Assembly (NCBI GenBank): GCA_044507065.1
Contig: JBIQJY010000003.1
Location: forward strand, 7,592 to 71,591
Source: Acidobacteriota bacterium
Lineage (GTDB): Bacteria > Acidobacteriota > Vicinamibacteria > Vicinamibacterales > SCN-69-37
Length of the DNA: 64,000 nucleotides
Direction: 5' to 3'
Each line of letters starts with the position of its first letter. The stretch's first letter is position 1. The translations under genes were made by a program, and so were the position numbers. Positions 1 through 14,275 of this stretch are shown in pieces. Below the pieces are notes generated by a model. The model had not been told where the DNA came from and did not search any database. It saw only the letters and a program-made list of their open reading frames with translations.

Positions 1-633
1 GATGGACGCGCCTGTCCCCTTCGCGACCTCGGGCTGCAGCATGGCCACGGTCCAGGCACCGCCAATCGCGAGCAGGAGAAACCCGGCCGCCACCAGCAGC
101 ATTGCCGCCGCACCCAGCGGCACCGCGAGTCGGATGGCCAGCCACGGCCCGAAGATCGCGCCCATGGTGCCGCCCACGGCGAGGACGCCGAAGATGCGCT
201 TGCTCTGCTCGAGCGTGAACCTGTCGGCCATCAGCGCCCAGAACACCATCGTGCTGAACAGGTTGAACACGCTGAACCAGACGTAGAACACGCGCCCGCT
301 CACCTCTCCCACCGCGTCGGGCGAGAGCTCGATGAGCGCATAGAAGCCGACGAGGCTCAGGATGAAGAACGCGTAGGTGGCCGTGATGAAGGTCATCCGC
401 CGGAATCGGCTCACCAGCCAGCCGAACAGCGGATTGACGGCCAGCGTGACGAGCGCGGTGCCGATGAACAGCCAGCGGATCGCGTCGAGCCCGCCGCGCA
501 TCCCGATGGCGTCGCGCGCCGGGCGCATGACCATGAGCGCCGTCAACACGAAGAAGAAGTAGAGGGCGGCCGCCAGGAGCGGGGCGACCTCGTCGCGACG
601 GACGTTGAAGAATCGCTGGAGGGCTGAGGGCAT
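1..633 (-). CDS. MFS-type membrane transporter (TLC/ATP-ADP-translocase-like family), 5' part only; the gene runs off the window start
   Basis: Uninterrupted minus-strand frame from ATG (631-633) to position 1. My translation starts MPSALQRFFNVRRDEVAPLLAAALYFFFVLTALMVMRPARDAIGM and continues through several hydrophobic helices (FYVWFSVFNLFSTMVFWALMADRF). Not in the ORF track because it is open-ended. Confidence 0.55.
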   Translation of the reverse strand, partial: MPSALQRFFNVRRDEVAPLLAAALYFFFVLTALMVMRPARDAIGMRGGLDAIRWLFIGTALVTLAVNPLFGWLVSRFRRMTFITATYAFFILSLVGFYALIELSPDAVGEVSGRVFYVWFSVFNLFSTMVFWALMADRFTLEQSKRIFGVLAVGGTMGAIFGPWLAIRLAVPLGAAAMLLVAAGFLLLAIGGAWTVAMLQPEVAKGTGASI

Positions 634-798
634 CAGGACAGGAACCTCACGGACGAAGTCTGGGTGGCGTCCCTGCGACTACGATCGCGGTGCGGTGGAC
701 GCTTACCGGAGCGCCCAGTCTGCCCGAGTTCGCGCGCCGATGCACGCGTACGGTTGACACGATGGCCCCCCGACCGGAAACTGTGGCGCGGAGGCCCC

Positions 799-1353
799 AT
801 GATATCCGGCATCCCCGCTTTGCTCGTCGCCCTGATGCTGGCGGCCGGCACGCCGCAGGATCATCCCGATCTGTCCGGTCGCTGGAACGAGGTGGAAATC
901 ACGGGCGCGCGTCTCTGGAGCGCCCACGTCTCCATCCGGCAACACGACGGCGGCCTGCTCGTGGCGCACACGCCGGGCCGCGCGCCCTCTGAATACCGCT
1001 TCGACGGCAATCCCGTGATCGAAGTCGTGCGGTCGCCCACGTGCGGCCAGCGCACGATTGCCAGCGAGGCGAGCTGGCACGACGACACGCTCGTCCTGGT
1101 CGACACGACGCGACAGTCGGTCTGTTCACACGATCGGCAATTGTCGTTCGATCCGGTCGACCAGCAGGAGCCGGATGCGGCTCTGGCCGCGCCGGGCCGG
1201 CGCGCCGAACTGCTCAACGCGACGGTCACACTCGAGACGGTGATCGAGCTCTCGGTGTCCGACGACGTGCTGACAGTCGAGGTGGTCCGTCGCAGTGCCG
1301 CGGGTGGAGAGGTGACGTCGACGTCGCGGTACGTCCGCGCACCCGGCGCCTGA
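799..1353 (+). CDS. hypothetical secreted protein
   Basis: In-frame ATG at 799 inside ORF 664..1353 gives a signal-like N-terminus MISGIPALLVALMLAAGTPQD. No recognisable catalytic motif. Confidence 0.5.
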   Translation: MISGIPALLVALMLAAGTPQDHPDLSGRWNEVEITGARLWSAHVSIRQHDGGLLVAHTPGRAPSEYRFDGNPVIEVVRSPTCGQRTIASEASWHDDTLVLVDTTRQSVCSHDRQLSFDPVDQQEPDAALAAPGRRAELLNATVTLETVIELSVSDDVLTVEVVRRSAAGGEVTSTSRYVRAPGA

Positions 1354-1410
1354 GCCGCGTCGAGCGTCGGGCTCGGACGCCGCCGCGTGTCGTCGGCGCT
1401 GGCGCGAGGG

Positions 1411-1713
1411 CTAGCGCCCCGCCACGCCCAGCCAGCCGCGCGTCAGGTAGTCATTGAGCGTGAGCACGAACATGATCAACAGCCAGAAGAAACCGGCCCC
1501 GACGACCACCTTCGTGAGCGGCGTGTTGTAGCGCACGCCCATGAAGATGCTGATGACGAGGAAGGCCTTCAGCCCGGCCACCAGGAGCGCAATCGGCGTA
1601 TTGAGCAGCCCGAAATCGAACGTGGCCACGATGTAGGTCAGCGCGGTGAGCACCAGGAGCGCCGCAAAGACGGCGCCATAGGTGCGGACGGGCACGATGG
1701 GAGCGTGAGACAT
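1411..1713 (-). CDS. cytochrome c oxidase subunit IV (small 3-helix subunit)
   Basis: 100-aa product from ATG 1711-1713 (MSHAPIVPVRTYGAVFAALLVLTALTYIV...). Three hydrophobic helices, immediately downstream of coxC. ORF 1411..2304 is an upstream extension of the same frame. Confidence 0.8.
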   Translation of the reverse strand: MSHAPIVPVRTYGAVFAALLVLTALTYIVATFDFGLLNTPIALLVAGLKAFLVISIFMGVRYNTPLTKVVVGAGFFWLLIMFVLTLNDYLTRGWLGVAGR

Positions 1714-1724
1714 CTCGTGTGACC

Positions 1725-2447
1725 TCAGTGCGCGGCGTAGTGCGCTCCGAGCAGGTACAGGAGCGGAAACAGGAAAATCCAGACGATGTCGACGAAGTGC
1801 CAGTAGAGGCCCGACATCTCGACCGGCGTGTAGTAATCGGCCGAGAAGCGGCCGCGCCAGGCCATCGCCAGGATCGTGAGCATGAGGCCAATCCCGATGA
1901 CCATGTGGATCGCGTGGATGCCGGTCATCATGAAGTAGATCGAGAAGAACAGCTGCTGCTGGCTTGCCTGCGGCAGCGTCATGTCGAAGTTCGGCCCGGG
2001 CACGAGGTTGTGCTCGAACTTCTCGGCGTACTCGAAGTACTTGACCACCAGGAAGACGAAGCCGAACGCGATCGTCAGGATCAGGTTGACGATCTGGCCC
2101 CTGCGCGATCCGACCTGCGCCGACCTCACCGCCAGCGCCATCGTCAGCGAACTGCAGATGAGCACGGCGGTATTGAGCGCGCCCATCGCCACGTCGAGGT
2201 GATTGCTGCCGAGCACCCACGCCTCGGGGTACAGGTACCGATAGACGACGTAGATCAGGAACATGCCACCGAAGAACATGATTTCGGTGACGAGGAACAG
2301 CCACATGCCGAGGGTCGAGGCCTCGAGCTGCTGTCCCATGCTGTAGAAGTGGTGCTGCAGGTTGGGGTTGTGCTCGTGCGCACCGTGCCCGCCTGCCGGC
2401 AGCGAAGTCGAGGCGCCGGCCCCGATCGGCGTCGAGGGGTTAGCCAA
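1725..2447 (-). CDS. coxC: cytochrome c oxidase subunit III
   Basis: Typical subunit III sequence ([35 protein letters not shown]). Likely TTG start at 2447, preceded by GGGAGG with 6-nt spacing and overlapping the coxA stop by 8 nt. The start is inferred; the ORF is open to 2507. Confidence 0.85.
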   Translation of the reverse strand: MANPSTPIGAGASTSLPAGGHGAHEHNPNLQHHFYSMGQQLEASTLGMWLFLVTEIMFFGGMFLIYVVYRYLYPEAWVLGSNHLDVAMGALNTAVLICSSLTMALAVRSAQVGSRRGQIVNLILTIAFGFVFLVVKYFEYAEKFEHNLVPGPNFDMTLPQASQQQLFFSIYFMMTGIHAIHMVIGIGLMLTILAMAWRGRFSADYYTPVEMSGLYWHFVDIVWIFLFPLLYLLGAHYAAH

Positions 2448-4068
2448 CGTGAACCTCCCGGGTCGGCTTGTAGTTGTAGGCCGGTTCGTCGACGACGACG
2501 TCCTCATCGAAGTTGAAGGTCGGCGGCGGCGAGGGGATCGTCCACTCGAGCCCCTTCACGCCCCACGGGTTGGCGGGCGCGCGCCGGCCCTTGACCAGCG
2601 AGTAGACCAGGTAGACGGCCGGCAGGGCGTAGCCGAGCGCCAGGATGCTGGCGCCGGCCGACGACAGCACGTTGAGCACCTGCCATTCGTCGGGATACGC
2701 GTGATAGCGGCGCGGCATCCCCATGTAGCCCAGGACGAACTGCGGGAAGAACGTCAGGTTGAAGCCGACGAACACCAGCACGGCCGACGTCTTGGCCCCG
2801 GCTTCCGAGAACATCCGACCCGTCATCTTCGGCCACCAGAAGTGCAGGCCGCCCATGTAGGCCATGATGGCGCCGCCCACCATGATGTAGTGGAAGTGCG
2901 CGATGACGAAGTAGGTGTCGGTCAGGTGCACGTTGAGGCCGAGCGTCGCGAGGAACAGCCCGGTCAGCCCGCCGATCGTGAAGAGGCCCATGAAGCCGAT
3001 CACCCACCAGGTGGGCGACTGCCAGCTCACCGACCCCTTGTACATCGTCGCGGTCCAGTTGAACGTCTTGACCGCGGACGGGATGGCGACGAGCATCGAG
3101 ATGATCGAGAAGACCAGGCCCGCGTAGATCGACTGGCTGCTGACGAACAGGTGATGACCCCAGACGAGGAAGCCGAGGATCGCGATGGCCAGGCTCGAGA
3201 ACGCCACGAAGCTGTAGCCGAAAATCTGCTTGCGCGACATCGCCGCCACCAGTTCGCTGATGACGCCCATGCCCGGCAGGATCATGATGTAGACCGCCGG
3301 GTGCGAGTAGAACCAGAAGAGGTGCTGGAAGAGCACCGGGTCGCCGCCGCGCGCCGGGTCGAAGAACCCGAGGCCCAGCGAGCGTTCGGCGGCCACGAGC
3401 AGCACCGTGATGGCGATGACCGGCGTGCCGAGGATCATCACGAGGCTCGTCGCGTAGTTCGACCACACGAAGAGCGGCAGGCGGAACCAGGTCAGCCCCG
3501 GCGCGCGCATCCGATGCGTGGTGACGATGAAGTTCAGCCCGGTGAGGATCGACGAGAAGCCCGTGATGAACACGCCGATCGCGGCCGCGGTCACCGCCGT
3601 CTGCGACGAGGTCGAGCTGTAGGGCGTGTAGAACGTCCAGCCGGTATCGAGACCGCCGTTGAAGACCGCGCCCAGCGTGACGAGCGCGCCGATGACGTAG
3701 AGGTACCAGCTGATCAGGTTGATGCGCGGGAAGGCCAGGTCCTTGGCGCCGAGCATGATCGGCATCAGGAAGTTGCCGAGCGTGGCCGGGATCGACGGCA
3801 CCAGGAAGAAGAAGACCATCACGACGCCGTGCAGCGTGAAGAGCTTGTTGTAGACGTCGGAGGTGAGCAGGTCCCCCTGCGGCGTCACCAGTTCGGCGCG
3901 GATGCCGGCGGCAAACAGCCCGCCGATCGCGAAGAAGATCGTGATCGAGATCAGGTAGAGCAGCGCAATGCGCTTGTGGTCCTTGGTCAGGAGCCACGAC
4001 GCAAGGCCGTGCGGCGCGTCGAGGTAGCTGTTGCGGGTGGCGGGAACGTCGCTCATAAACGATCTCAC
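2440..4068 (-). CDS. coxA: cytochrome c oxidase subunit I, A2-type (caa3)
   Basis: 542-aa polytopic haem-copper oxidase subunit I. Has the WGHHLF CuB histidine pair and [15 protein letters not shown], i.e. the Y-S-H-P-x-V variant that characterises A2-type oxidases. Confidence 0.95.
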   Translation of the reverse strand: MRSFMSDVPATRNSYLDAPHGLASWLLTKDHKRIALLYLISITIFFAIGGLFAAGIRAELVTPQGDLLTSDVYNKLFTLHGVVMVFFFLVPSIPATLGNFLMPIMLGAKDLAFPRINLISWYLYVIGALVTLGAVFNGGLDTGWTFYTPYSSTSSQTAVTAAAIGVFITGFSSILTGLNFIVTTHRMRAPGLTWFRLPLFVWSNYATSLVMILGTPVIAITVLLVAAERSLGLGFFDPARGGDPVLFQHLFWFYSHPAVYIMILPGMGVISELVAAMSRKQIFGYSFVAFSSLAIAILGFLVWGHHLFVSSQSIYAGLVFSIISMLVAIPSAVKTFNWTATMYKGSVSWQSPTWWVIGFMGLFTIGGLTGLFLATLGLNVHLTDTYFVIAHFHYIMVGGAIMAYMGGLHFWWPKMTGRMFSEAGAKTSAVLVFVGFNLTFFPQFVLGYMGMPRRYHAYPDEWQVLNVLSSAGASILALGYALPAVYLVYSLVKGRRAPANPWGVKGLEWTIPSPPPTFNFDEDVVVDEPAYNYKPTREVHVG

Positions 4069-5034
4069 TTAGTGGGCCGCCGGCGCGCCCTCCGCCGGTT
4101 GCAGCGTCTTGATGTAGGCGATGAGCTGCATGAGCTGCTCCTCGGAGATCAGGCCCTGGAACGGCGGCATCACGGGCTGATAGCCGCGCACCACCTTGGC
4201 GAACGGCACCATGATCGACTCGCGCAGGTAGTTGTCGTCGGCCAGGACGGTGCGGCCGTCGGTGAGCGCGACCTGCGAGCCGAACACGCCCGCCAGGTTG
4301 GGCCCGAGTGCGCCCGGGGCCCCCGTGTGGCACGTCGCGCAGCCCTGCTCGGCAAACAGCTTCTCACCGGCCTGCGCCGGCGGCACGGCCGGGCCGGCCG
4401 CGGCGCCGCCGCCGGCCAGCCACGCCTCGTAGGCATGCGGCTCGAGCACGATGATGTCGCCAACCATCCCGGAGTGCTGCGTGCCGCAGTACTCCGCACA
4501 GAACAGGTGATAGGTGCCCGGCCTGGTCGCGTTGAACCACAGCGTCGTGAGCTTGCCCGGCACCACGTCCATCTTCACGCGGAACGCGGGAATCGAGTAG
4601 TCGTGGATGACGTCCTCGGATCCGAGCGTGAGGCGGATGTTGCGCCCCGCCGGCACGTGCATCTGGTTGATCTCGCGCGTGCCGTCCGGATGCTGCACCT
4701 TCCACATCCACTGCTTGCCGACGACGAACATCTCCATCGCGTCGACTGGCGGCCGCGCCAGGCGGAAGAACAGATCCGCGCCCCAGAAGAACATCACGAG
4801 CGAGAGCATCAGCGGGATGAACGTCCAGGTCAGCTCGGCGACGAGCGATCCGTGGATGTCGGCCCCGACCTCGTGTTCCGAGCGGCGCCGGAACTTGATC
4901 GCGAAGATGACGACCAGCGACGCCACCAGCACCACGAAGAAGGCGCTGACCGCCGTGATGAACAGGTAGAGGAGATCGACCTCCGTCGCCACCGTCGAGG
5001 CGTTGGGAGGGAGCAGGGGAAAAGGAAGCTTCAT
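4069..5034 (-). CDS. coxB: cytochrome c oxidase subunit II with fused C-terminal cytochrome c domain (caa3-type)
   Basis: Two N-terminal TM helices, CuA motif HDYSIP...CAEYCGTQHSGM, and a C-terminal CATCH haem c site. Abuts the coxA start (4068/4069). Confidence 0.95.
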   Translation of the reverse strand: MKLPFPLLPPNASTVATEVDLLYLFITAVSAFFVVLVASLVVIFAIKFRRRSEHEVGADIHGSLVAELTWTFIPLMLSLVMFFWGADLFFRLARPPVDAMEMFVVGKQWMWKVQHPDGTREINQMHVPAGRNIRLTLGSEDVIHDYSIPAFRVKMDVVPGKLTTLWFNATRPGTYHLFCAEYCGTQHSGMVGDIIVLEPHAYEAWLAGGGAAAGPAVPPAQAGEKLFAEQGCATCHTGAPGALGPNLAGVFGSQVALTDGRTVLADDNYLRESIMVPFAKVVRGYQPVMPPFQGLISEEQLMQLIAYIKTLQPAEGAPAAH

Positions 5035-5940
5035 CTAGCGAATACCCGTTGCGGTCGATTGCACCGCTCTCGCCTGCCGCCGTTCACGCCGCAGGCTCAA
5101 CAGAATGAACGCGCCCAGGGCCGCCAGTGTCAGCAGTCCCGCCGCGCGCACGGCCGTCATCACCGCCAACCCATAGCTGCCCGTCGTCGGGTCGTACAGA
5201 TAGCAGAAGAGCACGGCCTGATCGACCACCGACCCGATGCCGCCGCCCGAGGCATCCATCAGCGCGAACTGCAGGTCGCGCGACGCGAACTCGATGCCGA
5301 ACAGGTACCGCGACACGCGTCCCTCGGGCGTGAGCACCGTCAGCACCGAGGGGTGCGCGTACTGGTCGAGCGCCTCGTCGTACGTGTAGTTGAAGCCCAC
5401 CGCGGAGGTCAGCGCGTCGATCGACGGCTGGCGACCGGTCAGGAAGTGCACGCCCGCCTCGCCGCCGGCCCGACCGTAGCGCCGCAGGAAGTCGTCGCGC
5501 CGGGCGGCGGCCATGGCCGGCGTCTCGCCCGGGTCGAAGCTCACGACCAGCACGTCGAAGTCGCGGCCCGCGTTGAACGCGAGCGGCATCATCGAGCTGA
5601 CCGTCGCGTTGATGATCTGCCCGCAAAGCGACGGGCACTCGTAGTACGCCAGCACCAGCGCCACCGGCCGGCCGTTGCCGAAGTAGTCGCCAAGCCGGAC
5701 GTCGCGCCCTGCCTCGTCGACAAACGGCACGTCGAGCGGCACGGGCGTGTCGAGCCGCGCCTGGTCGATTCCGCTCTGGCGCAGCGCGGGAATCTGCTGC
5801 GTGGCGGGCGAGCCGGGCGCCGGCACCGACAGCGGACGGGTCGGCTGCGCGGAGACCGACACCACGCCCACTACCGCCAGGCCGAGGCCCAGCAGTCCGG
5901 CGCGAACGATCCGGCGGCCGATGGTGGATGTGGTGTTCAT
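5035..5940 (-). CDS. SCO1/SenC-family copper chaperone (thioredoxin fold)
   Basis: ATG 5938-5940 gives MNTTSTIGRRIVRAGLLGLGLAVVG (signal/anchor). Has the CPSLC CxxxC motif with a downstream His (YAHPSV) and a C-terminal TM helix. The longer ORF to 6171 is an Arg/Pro-rich extension. Confidence 0.85.
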   Translation of the reverse strand: MNTTSTIGRRIVRAGLLGLGLAVVGVVSVSAQPTRPLSVPAPGSPATQQIPALRQSGIDQARLDTPVPLDVPFVDEAGRDVRLGDYFGNGRPVALVLAYYECPSLCGQIINATVSSMMPLAFNAGRDFDVLVVSFDPGETPAMAAARRDDFLRRYGRAGGEAGVHFLTGRQPSIDALTSAVGFNYTYDEALDQYAHPSVLTVLTPEGRVSRYLFGIEFASRDLQFALMDASGGGIGSVVDQAVLFCYLYDPTTGSYGLAVMTAVRAAGLLTLAALGAFILLSLRRERRQARAVQSTATGIR

Positions 5941-5971
5941 GAGCAACGTCCTTTCTCTGGTGCCGTCGGGG

Positions 5972-6463
5972 CTACGGCTGCGCCGCAGCGGCCCCCTCCG
6001 GCGTGGCCCCGTCAGGCGCCGGCGCCGCGGCCGGATCCGGCCGCACGGGCAGGCCCCGCTCGAGGACCAGGTCCTTCGCGCGATCGATGGGCAGCCGCAC
6101 CGTCCCCATGCCCTGGTTGATCCAGCCGTAGGAGTGCAGCGCCTCGTTCTGCCGGGCGTTGAAGTCGCCAAGCACGTCCGGTTCGCGGACGAGCAGCGCC
6201 GGCGTCGGCGATCCCTCGGCGCCTGACACGATCCGGCCGCCCTCGATCACCGGGCTCGTCTGCGGGTCAGCCATGACCGCACGCGGCGCCTCGCTGCGCG
6301 TCATGCGGTACGAGAACCACTCGAACACGCCCCAGACGATCAGCTGGGAGGCCATCACGGTCAGCACGAGGATGACCAGGAACCAGCCGATCCCGCGGTA
6401 GGCGACGCCGTCGCTCTCGACCGGGTCGGGCGTCGGCACGTGATGATGACTAGTTTCCGCCAT
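5972..6463 (-). CDS. small single-TM protein encoded after actF (ACIII accessory-subunit position)
   Basis: 163 aa with one TM helix (IGWFLVILVLTVMASQLIVWGVF). Overlaps the actF stop by 14 nt and sits in an operon between actF and SCO1. Confidence 0.6.
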   Translation of the reverse strand: MAETSHHHVPTPDPVESDGVAYRGIGWFLVILVLTVMASQLIVWGVFEWFSYRMTRSEAPRAVMADPQTSPVIEGGRIVSGAEGSPTPALLVREPDVLGDFNARQNEALHSYGWINQGMGTVRLPIDRAKDLVLERGLPVRPDPAAAPAPDGATPEGAAAAQP

Positions 6464-7670
6464 GAATCATCGCTTCCTTGAAGTACGGGTCGCGGGCGGG
6501 CACGAGCGACCGGCCGGCGAGCGAACGCCAGAAGAGCGGCAGCCACAGGCAGCCGATGGCCAGGACCATCGCGAAGTCGAGCCAGTGGATCGTCGACCCG
6601 TGCCGGAAGACGGGCCCGACCGTCCAGATCGTGTCGACCACGCGCATGACGAGGATCAGGATCGCCACGCGCCGGACCGCGGCCGGGTTGCGCTTCAGGT
6701 CGCGCGAGAGCAGGAAGAGGAACGGCAGCACGAACTGCACCACGAGCAGCGCGATGCTCACCGACGCCCAGGGCCCGGTCAGCCGCTCGAGGTAGAACGG
6801 AATCTCCTCGGGCAGGTTTGCCGACCAGATGATGAGCAGCTGCGAGACCGCGAAGTACGCCCACAGCATCAGGAACGCGAGCATCAGCTTGCCGAGATCG
6901 TGGAACGAGTCCGGGTTGGCCACCTGCGACATCGGCGGGAACCGGACGAGCGAGGCCAGCACGATGATCGTGAAGGCCAGCGTCGAGAGGCCCATGTTGC
7001 CGATCATCAGCACGCCGAAGATGGTCGAAAACCAATGCGGGTCGACCGACATCACCCAGTCGACGCTCATGAAGGTGACCGTGAGGACCCAGAGGACGAG
7101 GCCGGGGGCCGACAGCAGCCGGAACCGGCGATCGAGCGGGCCGGGCCCCACGGCCGGATCGACGTCCTGTTGCGCGGACCACTTGTTGAGCAGGAACGCG
7201 AGCGCGCCCCAGATGACGAAGAACAGGACCGTGCGTACCAGGAAGAACGGCACGTTGAGGTAGGCCACCTTCAGATGGATGAGGTGGTCGTCGGCCGCCT
7301 CCGGGCGCGCCCACGAGTAGAGCGTGGGCAGGTTCACGGCAATGGGCACGAACAGCACGGCCAGCAGCGGAATCGTCCGCGTGGCGGCTTCCCACACGCG
7401 CCGGCCCACCATGCCCCACGCGCCACCCGACAGGTGGTGCACCATCAGCAGCCCCAGCGCGCCGATGGTGATCGACGACCAGAACAGGTACCCGACCAGG
7501 TAGGACAGCAGCCAGGCCTCACGCGCCGCGAAGAGGCCGATGATGGCCAGCACGACGCCCGCCGCGCCGTACATCATCGACCGACTGCCGAGACGCGAGA
7601 TCTCGGCGGTCGGGCGCGCCATGAGGGCCGCCTCGTCGTCGTAAGGAGTCGTTGTCGAGTGCGTGGCCAT
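6450..7670 (-). CDS. actF: alternative complex III subunit ActF (polytopic NrfD-like membrane protein)
   Basis: 406 aa with about 10 TM helices. Sixth position of the actABCDEF order. Its start shares one base with the actE stop. Confidence 0.85.
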   Translation of the reverse strand: MATHSTTTPYDDEAALMARPTAEISRLGSRSMMYGAAGVVLAIIGLFAAREAWLLSYLVGYLFWSSITIGALGLLMVHHLSGGAWGMVGRRVWEAATRTIPLLAVLFVPIAVNLPTLYSWARPEAADDHLIHLKVAYLNVPFFLVRTVLFFVIWGALAFLLNKWSAQQDVDPAVGPGPLDRRFRLLSAPGLVLWVLTVTFMSVDWVMSVDPHWFSTIFGVLMIGNMGLSTLAFTIIVLASLVRFPPMSQVANPDSFHDLGKLMLAFLMLWAYFAVSQLLIIWSANLPEEIPFYLERLTGPWASVSIALLVVQFVLPFLFLLSRDLKRNPAAVRRVAILILVMRVVDTIWTVGPVFRHGSTIHWLDFAMVLAIGCLWLPLFWRSLAGRSLVPARDPYFKEAMIHGGN

Positions 7671-8290
7671 CAGTGGGTTTCCTCGGTGGCGCCTTCGGCC
7701 GCCGCGGCCGGGTTGTCGAGCCGTTCGAGCTCGGCCGGCGGCACGTCGGCGCGCGTTCCCTGTTGGCTGGCCTGCAGCGCCCGCACGTAGGCGACGATGC
7801 GCCAGCGGTCTTCGACGGCAATCTGCGCGCGGTAGGGCGGCATCACGCCGAAGCCGTTCGAGATGCGATCGAAGAACTGGCCCGCCGGCGCCTGCCGCAG
7901 CCGATCGATGTGCAGCGAGGGCGGCTGCCGGTAGCCGCGCTGGACGACCATGCCGTCGCCCTCACCACTGCGCGCGTGGCACGGCGAGCAGAAGGTGTTG
8001 AACCGCTGCTCGCCGAGGTCCAGGTCCGCGCGGGTGATCGCGAACGGGAAGAGGTTGGCGTCCTGGCCGCCGATCTTGCCGGTCGTCAGCAGTTCGTCGG
8101 CGTTCTCGAACCCGCGTGCGACGGTACCCTCGACCAGCGGCTGCGACGACGCGCCGCCCGGGAAGGTCGCACTCGCCTCGAGCGGATCGTATCGCGGGGC
8201 ATCGTGCATGTCCTGGCGGCAGCCGGCCACGCCGGCGACGACCAGGCCGATAGCCACCAGACGGCCCACGTGTCTGCTTCTACTCGTCAA
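7670..8290 (-). CDS. actE: alternative complex III subunit ActE (monohaem cytochrome c lipoprotein)
   Basis: Lipobox-like LVVAGVAGC and a single CSPCH haem motif. 206 aa. Confidence 0.85.
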   Translation of the reverse strand: MTSRSRHVGRLVAIGLVVAGVAGCRQDMHDAPRYDPLEASATFPGGASSQPLVEGTVARGFENADELLTTGKIGGQDANLFPFAITRADLDLGEQRFNTFCSPCHARSGEGDGMVVQRGYRQPPSLHIDRLRQAPAGQFFDRISNGFGVMPPYRAQIAVEDRWRIVAYVRALQASQQGTRADVPPAELERLDNPAAAAEGATEETH

Positions 8291-8824
8291 CGGCCACCAC
8301 CTCGCGCGGGTTGAGCCCGCTCAGGAACGCGCGCGTCTCGTCGGCGTCGAACCTGGGATCGCTCGCCTCGATGGCGAGAAAGAACCCGTCCTGGCTGGCC
8401 CGCGCGAACCTCGGCGCGTTGAACACCGGGTGGTGCGGCCGCGGCAGCCCATTGAGCGCGATCATCGAGATGACCGCGGTAAAGGAGGCGAACAGGATGG
8501 TGAGCTCGAACGTGATGGGAATGAACGAGACCCACGAGAAGTACGGGCGGCCACCGATGTTCATCGGATAGTCGATGACCGACGTCCAGTACTGCAGCCC
8601 GGCGCCGGCCATCGCCCCGGCCAGGCCGCCGACGAACACGAACTTCGGGATCAGCGACTCGCGGAACCCGACGGCCTCGGCCAGGCCGTGAATCGGGAAG
8701 GGCGAAAACGCGTCGGTCCTGGTGAAACCCGCTTCGCGGGCACGGGTGGCGGCATCGAGCAGCTGCTGCGCCGAGTCGAACTCGGCCAGCAGGCCGTGCA
8801 GCACCGGGGTCTCGGGCGTATGGC

Positions 8825-8828
<4 letters not shown>
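8280..8828 (-). CDS. actD: alternative complex III subunit ActD (DUF3341-type)
   Basis: 182 aa. N-terminal soluble part (LLAEFDSAQQLLDAATRAREAGF) followed by TM helices. Overlaps both neighbours. Confidence 0.8.
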
Positions 8829-10285
<1,457 letters not shown>

Positions 10286-10303
10286 CTGACGACTGTCATG
10301 TCC

Positions 10304-13297
<2,994 letters not shown>

Positions 13298-13399
13298 GGG
13301 TGTGTGAGTTACTTCACTATCGCGGCGGTCCACCATGGCGCCCGCCGTCCGGAACGTTGCTGGGTCGTCGTGTTCGTGCTGCACGCCAATGCCCCGGCT

Positions 13400-14074
13400 T
13401 CAGCGGTGGCAGACCGAGCAGCTCGTCATGTGCTCGACGCTCGACACGCCGTACTCGGCCTTCAGACGGAGCCCCAGTTCCAGCTGATTTGCGGGGGCTT
13501 CGTAGGCCATGTTGAACACCTGGTCGCGGGGCCGGAGGTACTGCTCGGGCGCCCGGTGACAGTCGAGGCACCATTCCATCAGCAGCGACTCGGCCTGGAA
13601 AACGAGGGGCATCTGGTCGACCCGACCGTGGCAGGTGGCACAGCCGACGCCCTGCCGCACGTGAATCTGGTGGCTGAAGTAGACGAAGTCGGGCAGGTCG
13701 TGGACGCGCGTCCACGTGAGGTTCGTGTTGTCGCGGAAACTGGCGCGCACCGGTTCGAGGATGGGCGCGTTCGTCCAGATCTGGTTGTGGCAGTTCATGC
13801 AGGTCTGGGTCGGGGGAATCCCGGCGAACGACGACTTCTCGACCGACGTATGACAGTAGCGGCAATCGATACCCATACCGCCGGCATGGTGCGCGTGGCT
13901 GAACTGGATCGGCTGCTCGACGTGTTCGGCCTGCTTGGTGGCCCAGCTGGACCGGAACAGGGTGAAGACCACCCAAAGCGCAAACACGACGAAGCCAAGC
14001 AGTCCGGCCAGCGACATGCGGGCCAGGGCGTTGGCACTTCGGGGGAAAATCTGGCTCATAGGAGACTTCGGCAA
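13400..14074 (-). CDS. actA: alternative complex III subunit ActA (pentahaem cytochrome c)
   Basis: N-terminal TM anchor and five CxxCH motifs: CRYCH, CMNCH, CATCH, CLDCH, CSVCH. Confidence 0.95.
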   Translation of the reverse strand: MPKSPMSQIFPRSANALARMSLAGLLGFVVFALWVVFTLFRSSWATKQAEHVEQPIQFSHAHHAGGMGIDCRYCHTSVEKSSFAGIPPTQTCMNCHNQIWTNAPILEPVRASFRDNTNLTWTRVHDLPDFVYFSHQIHVRQGVGCATCHGRVDQMPLVFQAESLLMEWCLDCHRAPEQYLRPRDQVFNMAYEAPANQLELGLRLKAEYGVSSVEHMTSCSVCHR

Positions 14075-14234
14075 ACGCCCTGGGCCTGCATGGGTCGCAC
14101 GTATACACCCGTCCGCGAACGCTGCCGGCGCAAACGCGCACGACAGAGCCGGCCACTGGCAACGTTCCCGGACCGACGACGGGGATCCAATGAGGCGCTC
14201 CGGGTGGGCAACGCCCCGGAGGCGCCCTATATGA

Positions 14235-14250
14235 TGTGAAACGTTTCACA
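14235..14250. promoter_or_regulatory. perfect 16-bp CRP-type palindrome TGTGAAACGTTTCACA (TGTGA-N6-TCACA)
   Basis: Read directly; it is its own reverse complement. It sits in the AT-richer divergent region between actA (start 14074) and the ABC ATPase gene (ATG 14276). Confidence 0.6.
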
Positions 14251-14275
14251 AGCTTGTCAAATGGGGTGAGGCCGC

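Noticed and set aside
2362-6120. Very long plus-strand ORF (1252 aa), and similar giants at 10757..14239, 55667..58357, 8831..10231, 6462..7790, 48938..51364 and 52543..54288
   Set aside because: They lie antisense to genes with unmistakable motifs (cox, act, kinase, Omp85). Their translations are low-complexity R/G/D/H/P-rich with no motifs. Stop-poor antisense frames are expected in such GC-rich DNA, so I treat them as shadow ORFs.
5941-6171. N-terminal extensions of several track ORFs. Examples: 5035..6171, 16394..16531, 22286..22360, 50684..50776, 54244..54369, 58037..58219, 59572..59799.
   Set aside because: The extensions are Arg/Pro/Gly-rich, overlap the upstream gene, and precede an internal ATG that yields a proper signal peptide or conserved N-terminus. 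The shorter gene models were used.
13298-13399. About 100-nt gap between actA and the preferred actB start, checked for a hidden small ORF or RNA
   Set aside because: No start codon with a plausible frame or hairpin was found. The gap disappears if actB starts at GTG 13384, so it is most likely just start-codon uncertainty.
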